Positions 57,701 through 64,000 of a stretch of DNA of 64,000 nt are shown here, in pieces. The position numbers and the translations under genes were made by a program. The notes beneath the pieces are model-generated. The model searched no databases. It had not been told where the DNA came from and saw only the letters and a list, made by a program, of their open reading frames with translations. Each line of letters starts with the position of its first letter. Position 1 is the stretch's first letter. The DNA is taken from the NCBI RefSeq assembly GCF_009914755.1, contig NC_060927.1; one strand, written 5' to 3'. This stretch comes from the human T2T-CHM13v2.0 reference genome, Homo sapiens.

Positions 57701-59397
57701 TCGAGGAGAATTGCATGAGTAGCTTCTTGTGTGTCTGTGTGTGTTAATGGAGTTTTTTTTTTTAAGGTTTTTCCATGATTAGAGTCGTATTTTTTGTTTG
57801 TTTTTGTCCAGTTTTTTTGTTTGTTTGTTTCTGCATGAAATAATGAAAAAGTAAATCAAGGTTTGTAATTGGTTTCTTCTGACTTAGGAAAGAAGAAAAT
57901 TATTCTATGAGAGTACCAGCAATGTAACATGAGTCTATAATTTTACTCACTTGGTCTTAACTTTTGACACCCTTGCCTCAGTGTTCCTGGGCATGGCGTG
58001 GAGGCTCCCATGCAGGCAGGCTCAGTTTCTCGGGCACTCACAAGCGGAACGGATCAGGGATCTTCTTTGGTATCCTCAAGAAACTTCTCAGACCACTGGG
58101 TTCCTTGAGCCAGGTTCCACCTCTATCCCTGCTGTTACCTTTATGAAGTCTGCTATGAGCAAGGCGGGCCGAACACAGCCCCCTACGCGAGCTGCCTGAT
58201 CCAGCTCCTTTCCCCCTGAGCCTGGGCTGGGCCTCAGAATCTTCGCCATAGCGCTTCCAGCCCGCTACCAGTATTTGCAGATGAAACTTGAGGCATCCTT
58301 GCTAAGGGGAGCCACACGGGCAGAGCCCATGGGCCAAGCTTTCCTGAAGACATCGTAAGGTCTGTAAAAACAGTCACTACAGTTCAAAGCCATGCCTCAG
58401 GAAAAAGGAAGTACACGTGGATTCTCTTCCGTGACTTCCTCTTTTACCTCTGCACCCCGGCAGAATTAATCCTTCTTTACTCTGGAACCTCCTGCACAGA
58501 CCCCTGAGGTAGCTCTCTTCACAGCTGATGGAAGTGAGCTGGGGGCTGCCTGTCCCTCACCCCTATTCCAGGTGGGTGCAGTGCTGTGTGCCCTCTTTTT
58601 GCCCCTGCCCTCCTCCACTGCCTGGGCTCGTGTTCGTGATGTTTATGGGGTTGAATCAAGTGGATGAGAAAAGACGCTCGTGCACCAGATGGTGGCCCTG
58701 GGTGGACCCTGGACCTCCACACACTAGTGGGCGTGTTTCCACATTTCCTCTACTTCCGCTCAGGATCCTACCATGGAGAAGTGGGATGGGCCCAGAGACC
58801 CTAGTCATACTGAGACCAGAGTCAACCTTGCCCTCTGCTCACTGGTTGATAATGATCTTCTTCTTCCACTCGTAACACTATAATTCCTTGGTGCTCTAGT
58901 TGTTCTTACCCAGCTTACTGGGTAAGAACTTTCTGCGTATTGGCTTCACAAGCTCAGCAGAACTTCAGCATCAGGTAAAATAGCAAAAAAATAGAGTTCT
59001 TAACTCTAAAAAATGTTGTGCATGGTACCTTCATGCACTGCCTTCCCCATTCACAATAGCTCTTCTCCCTCAGTATATTTAAGATGATTGACTCATGAAA
59101 TGTTAGGGTTATTCACAGATGTTCTATATGCACCTTTTGGGGCAAGCAAAGATGTACCTGTAAAGTACATTTTGGTGGCTTCTCAGTGTGATCCCAGAGA
59201 TGAGGAGGATAAAGTGGTGCTATACCCAGCCACAGGATTCACTTTGATCCCTTAGCTTCCTTTCTTGGAAATGTCTAGGGGGATAGAATGTCCTCCTCGA
59301 GGGGGACTGTGTTCCCTACAGGCCATGGGTGCAGAGACTCGCCTGCAGTGGAGATGCCTGGCTCCTTGGCACTCCCTTAGCCCAGCTGAGGCCCTGA

Positions 59398-59610
<213 letters not shown>

Positions 59611-59861
59611 TGAGTGTGGGGAGCACTTGCCCTCTTTCCCCTCCTGTTGTCTCAGAGAAGCAGGTGGTGAGGAAGACCGCCCAGGCTGCAGCAGAGCCCC
59701 GGGCCATCGCCTTGGGTGTGGCGGGTGGGAAGGCTCCTCGTACCCCACGCCACGCTTCCTCCTGTGCCAGGGCTATCCCTCCTGCACACCTCCCCACCCC
59801 CCGCCCCCCCGCCCCCCGGCCCAGCATTTCACATGCCTCTTCCTGTAAGTAGAGCCCGTGA

Positions 59862-59963
<102 letters not shown>

Positions 59964-60975
59964 TAAAGGCCTGATTCTCCTTCCAGCCTGGGTTTGGCAT
60001 TTGTGCTTTTGAAGAAGAGCTTCTGTGGCAGAGTTGCTGACTAGAATGTGCTACGTATTTAAGTTTTCCTTTGCTCATGGGACCTTCCTAACCTCAGGCC
60101 TGGCGGTTGGATGACGAGGCCCTGCCTTCTTGGTGCCTGGCACTTTTTCCCTGGAGCCCTGCACCAGCCTCTCCTCATGATGGAAGGCACCATTGCATTA
60201 ACACTCACTGGCTTTTTTCTAGATGATTTGGGCTGTGGCAGCTGGCGGGGGAGCTGGGGGGGACCAGCAGTGCAGAATGTGCTGGGCACTGTCTGCCGTG
60301 GGGGAGCCCTGTGCGGTTTGGTTTTGTTTGCTTCTTGCTGGTATCCTTCAGGTCTTATCTCTGTAAAGTGCAGGTGTCATTTTTAAGAGAACTCAATCTT
60401 ACTCTTGGCAGAGTTTCATAAAAATGATGTGTTATGGGCAGAATATGCAACCATTTGTGAAGTGATTTTGCCTCCATTCTCTTGCTCTGCCCTCTCTGAG
60501 ACATCATGAAGCAGACAGAGAATGGGTTTGTCATCCCCACTTTACAGATGAGAATGCTGAGGCCCAAGACCTGCTGCTTTCCCATACTCACCCAGTGGGA
60601 GAATGGCAGTGCTGGGACTCCTAGTGCAGTGCTCCCTCTGCGGTAGTAGCAGCAAATGCTGCTGTCGAGATGAGTGGCAGGAGAGACTCTGCTGCCTTCA
60701 TTTTGGCCCCTGCATCACTGCCTGCTGCCAGGGCCTGCAGGGAATCTGGCCGAGTCTTCCCTGACCTGGGCCTCGAGGGTGCTCAGTCTGCTCCTCTGGC
60801 CCTGGCAGCATCCTAATTTCTGCTCTGGCCTTGCCCCTGCTGGCCTGCTGTGGTAACCAGGGGTGCTAAGTCCAGGCTGTATGCATGGCTTTTATGATAT
60901 CTCAGCTGAAATGATGGGGAGTGTGTGCTCAAGCCCTCGGAACCAGAATCTTAACACTTTTTGTCTTTCTTTCAG

Positions 60976-61002
60976 TCAAGCCATCTCAAAATCCAAACTC
61001 AG
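60976..61002 (+). CDS. CACNA1D: Exon 12 (27-nt microexon)
   Basis: tctttctttcag|TCAAGCC...CTCAG|gtcagt. Encodes QAISKSKL(S). Phase 2-2. Confidence 0.95.
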
Positions 61003-61339
61003 GTCAGTATCTTCTTTCTGTTTCTTCGTCAGCCTGTGTGTTGCCTTTGTATGTTCTCACTTCTGAATTTTACGTAGTATTGCTCTGGACTTGAGTTTTC
61101 CTCTGTGGATTATAACATTGATACTGAATTGCAGTCAGTCAATTGAATCCTATGAGCCTGGCTTAGGGGGAGATCTTAGGTGCCAAAGATCTCCCTCAAA
61201 GTAAACCAATAAGACTCAGTAACGAGTTTTGCCTCCCCATTAATCCTCCTTATCCTCTGAGTCATTTTCCTAAGAGAGCTGCTGCTTGTCACTTTTCTGC
61301 TCGAAAGCTTTCCATAGAAAGGGAGTTCAAGAAGTCTTC

Positions 61340-62290
61340 CAAGGTACTAGCATTTCTTGATGTGCATGCGGGTTACGTGTTCAGTTGGTAAAACTCATTG
61401 AACCATATACCTATGATTAGTGTACTTTTTCATCTGAGTGTCATTTTTCAACAAAAACATTTTCCTACTATATATAAACACTAACTTAAAATAGGCAAAG
61501 ACCTAAATATAAAATATAAAATCATGAACATTCCAGAAAGAAAACAGGAGAAAGTCTTTGTGATCTTGAGTTATGCAAAGGTTTCTTAAGATACAACACC
61601 CAGTATACTTTTTGTAACAGAAAACAAACAGATAAATTGGTCTTTGTCAAAATTAAACTTCTGTTCTTCAAAAGAAAAGAAAAAGGTTAGCTTCAGACTT
61701 GGAGAAAAATATTTGCAAAGCATATTTGATAAAGGACTGGTATCCCATATATATAAAGATTAATGCATAAAGGAGAGTGTCAATAATAGAAAAACCCAAT
61801 AAAAAATGGGCAAAATTTTTAATAGGCATTTCACCAGAGAAGAGATGTGGATGGCAGATAAGCACATGAAATGACCATCAGTTGTTACAAAAATGCACAT
61901 TAAAATCACAGTTAGATACCACTACACATCTATTAGAGTGAATCAGATTTAAATATCTGACAATGACAAGTTCTGACAAGGATGCTGATTGGTGGGAACT
62001 TTCATACAGTGTTGATGGACATGTCAAATGACACAGCCGTTAAAAAAATAGTTTGGTAGTTCCTCATAAAGTTTAAACATATATTTACCACGTTTATATT
62101 TGGCCCAGCCATCCCACTTCTAAGGTGTTTGTATAAGAGAAATGAAGATATATGCCTACATACAAAGTTGTAACATGAATGTTTGTACCAGTTTTATTCA
62201 TGCTTACCCCAAGCTGGAAGTAACCCAAAGGTCCATCAAATGTGAATGGGTAGACACACTGTGGTTCACCAGTATGATGGAGTACTAGTT
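61340..62290 (+). mobile_element. Old L1M fragments (3' ORF2/UTR)
   Basis: caggagaaagtctttgtgatcttgagtta...ggagaaaatatttgcaaagcatatttgataaaggactggtatcc...ataagcacatgaaa. Confidence 0.82.
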
Positions 62291-63436
62291 CATGTCTGCT
62301 GAGTTATGCATCCTAGGAGAAACCCAGCTGTGAGCGGGACAGTCTTTAGTGTCCTTAGTAGAGTTTTTCCACGCTGGCCAACATGTTAGAAGCTGCTCTT
62401 TCCATTGGAACCTGCACAGCAAGAGTAATAATAAAATACACCTTACTTGATCCAGGTTTTGGTAAAGAGTTGGCACAACTCTTTCTCTGCTCACTTCCTG
62501 GGTTACAGATTTTCTTTTTGCCTAGCAACACAGCTGAGTCAGCCAGGGCTGCAGCTTGGGTAGCCTGGAGATTCCTCTTGACTCAGGCCCCCAGAGGAAG
62601 TACCCCATTGTCGTTAGTGAGGCAGCACAGCCTGGAGAGGACTGACTTTACCAATTGGCTGACCTTTCCACGGGATCTGGGTCACTGAGCTGCAGCTCAT
62701 GGCACACTTTACCAAAGCATCCCCTTGTGGCAGGGAAGGTTTTCTAGAAGGAGACAGGCTAAGGGAGAGAATATTTTCTCTAATCACAATCAGGAACTGA
62801 AGGTAGGTGGAGGACATGCTACTTGTCTGTTTGGCTGAGCTCATTTTATTTTTATGAAAACACGATTCAATATTGGCTCTTCTCCTAAAGGTATATTTTG
62901 AGCATCACTAGTTAGAAAGGGCACCTGATGACTCAGTATGAAGATTCATGTCCTACTCAGCTTTGACAACTCTGCCAGGCTCTGGAGGAACCTCAGAGAT
63001 TTAAGAAAGGATTGAAAAGGTTCCCTTTAAAAAAAAAAAAACTAGCTTTGTAGCACTTTGCTGCCTGGTAAATTCTGTATGGTGATTGAGATGCTGCAAG
63101 AGATGTGTATAATAAGCGAAGTGGCTCTCTGCACTGATTGCATGAGCAGATCCACGTCCCATATGGTGGATATAGGAACTGCATATGTGTGCAAGTGTAG
63201 TTTTGCATCTGCACGTGAATCTATGAATATCTAGATTTTCTAACCCACTTAAGGGCTGCATATGACAGATTCTGGAGTTATCTATAAGCCATAAGGAAGG
63301 ACTGATAGCATGATCAAGTCAAGATTATACTTTTAAAAGTCGCATTTTAAGACCAACATAATTTTTATGATGAAGTCTGTTAATTTCTGTGCCATTTGTG
63401 CTCATCTTTCTTTCCTGCACTCCCACCCCAATCTAG

Positions 63437-63730
<294 letters not shown>

Positions 63731-64000
63731 TAGAGATTTCTGTGGCTGTCCAACTGCCATTTGGTCTTATCTGATCGCTGCATGATGAAGTATCGCAACA
63801 TTTCTAGTGAGGACAAACTTGGTAGAACCATCCAGACACAGCAACTACCAGAGCGAGGGTGCCATCTGTGCCGCGTGGTGAAGCACCTTGGAGCCACTTA
63901 ATGCCAAGCATCTAATTGTCCTAACCCTGAGCCAACCTAGGACCAAGAATTCTTGAAGCTGGAAGGGACCTCGTAATCCCTGCTCCCTGCCCTCATCGGG

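Noticed and set aside
53552-58695. CTCF-like GCACCAGGTGGGGC (~53552) and GCACCAGATGGTGG (~58682)
   Set aside because: Both mismatch core positions and cannot be supported without ChIP data.

Overview
This is mammalian, almost certainly human (Alu-rich), genomic DNA from the interior of CACNA1D, the L-type Ca2+ channel Cav1.3 alpha-1D gene, on the + strand. It is not prokaryotic, and I found no CRISPR, rRNA or tRNA. The window holds exons 5, 6, 7, the mutually exclusive pair 8A/8B, 9, 10, alternative 11, microexon 12 and 13, encoding IS3-S4 through the I-II loop to IIS1. All splice phases join into one open frame. The introns carry 11 Alus, an old ~5 kb L1, other L1/L2/MIR fragments, an HML-6 LTR3 solo LTR, MER58B, MER5, a half MADE1 and microsatellites. 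Most ORF-track entries are intronic noise. The best leads are: (1) an 84-nt frame-preserving exon in intron 9 (9*/9a-like) encoding a polybasic di-cysteine motif, part of a splice-tunable set of membrane-anchor cassettes in the I-II loop; (2) an AG|GTAAAT start of exon 8B that makes double inclusion of 8A+8B either stop at once or regenerate a donor; (3) a candidate recursive splice site or 16-nt microexon at 18050-18071 and two candidate poison exons; (4) an RFX/E-box/CRE motif cluster at ~21.3-21.7 kb; (5) two non-Alu inverted repeats (3564-4780 and 41208-41435). Repeat family names, exon numbers and literature points come from memory, not from a search.
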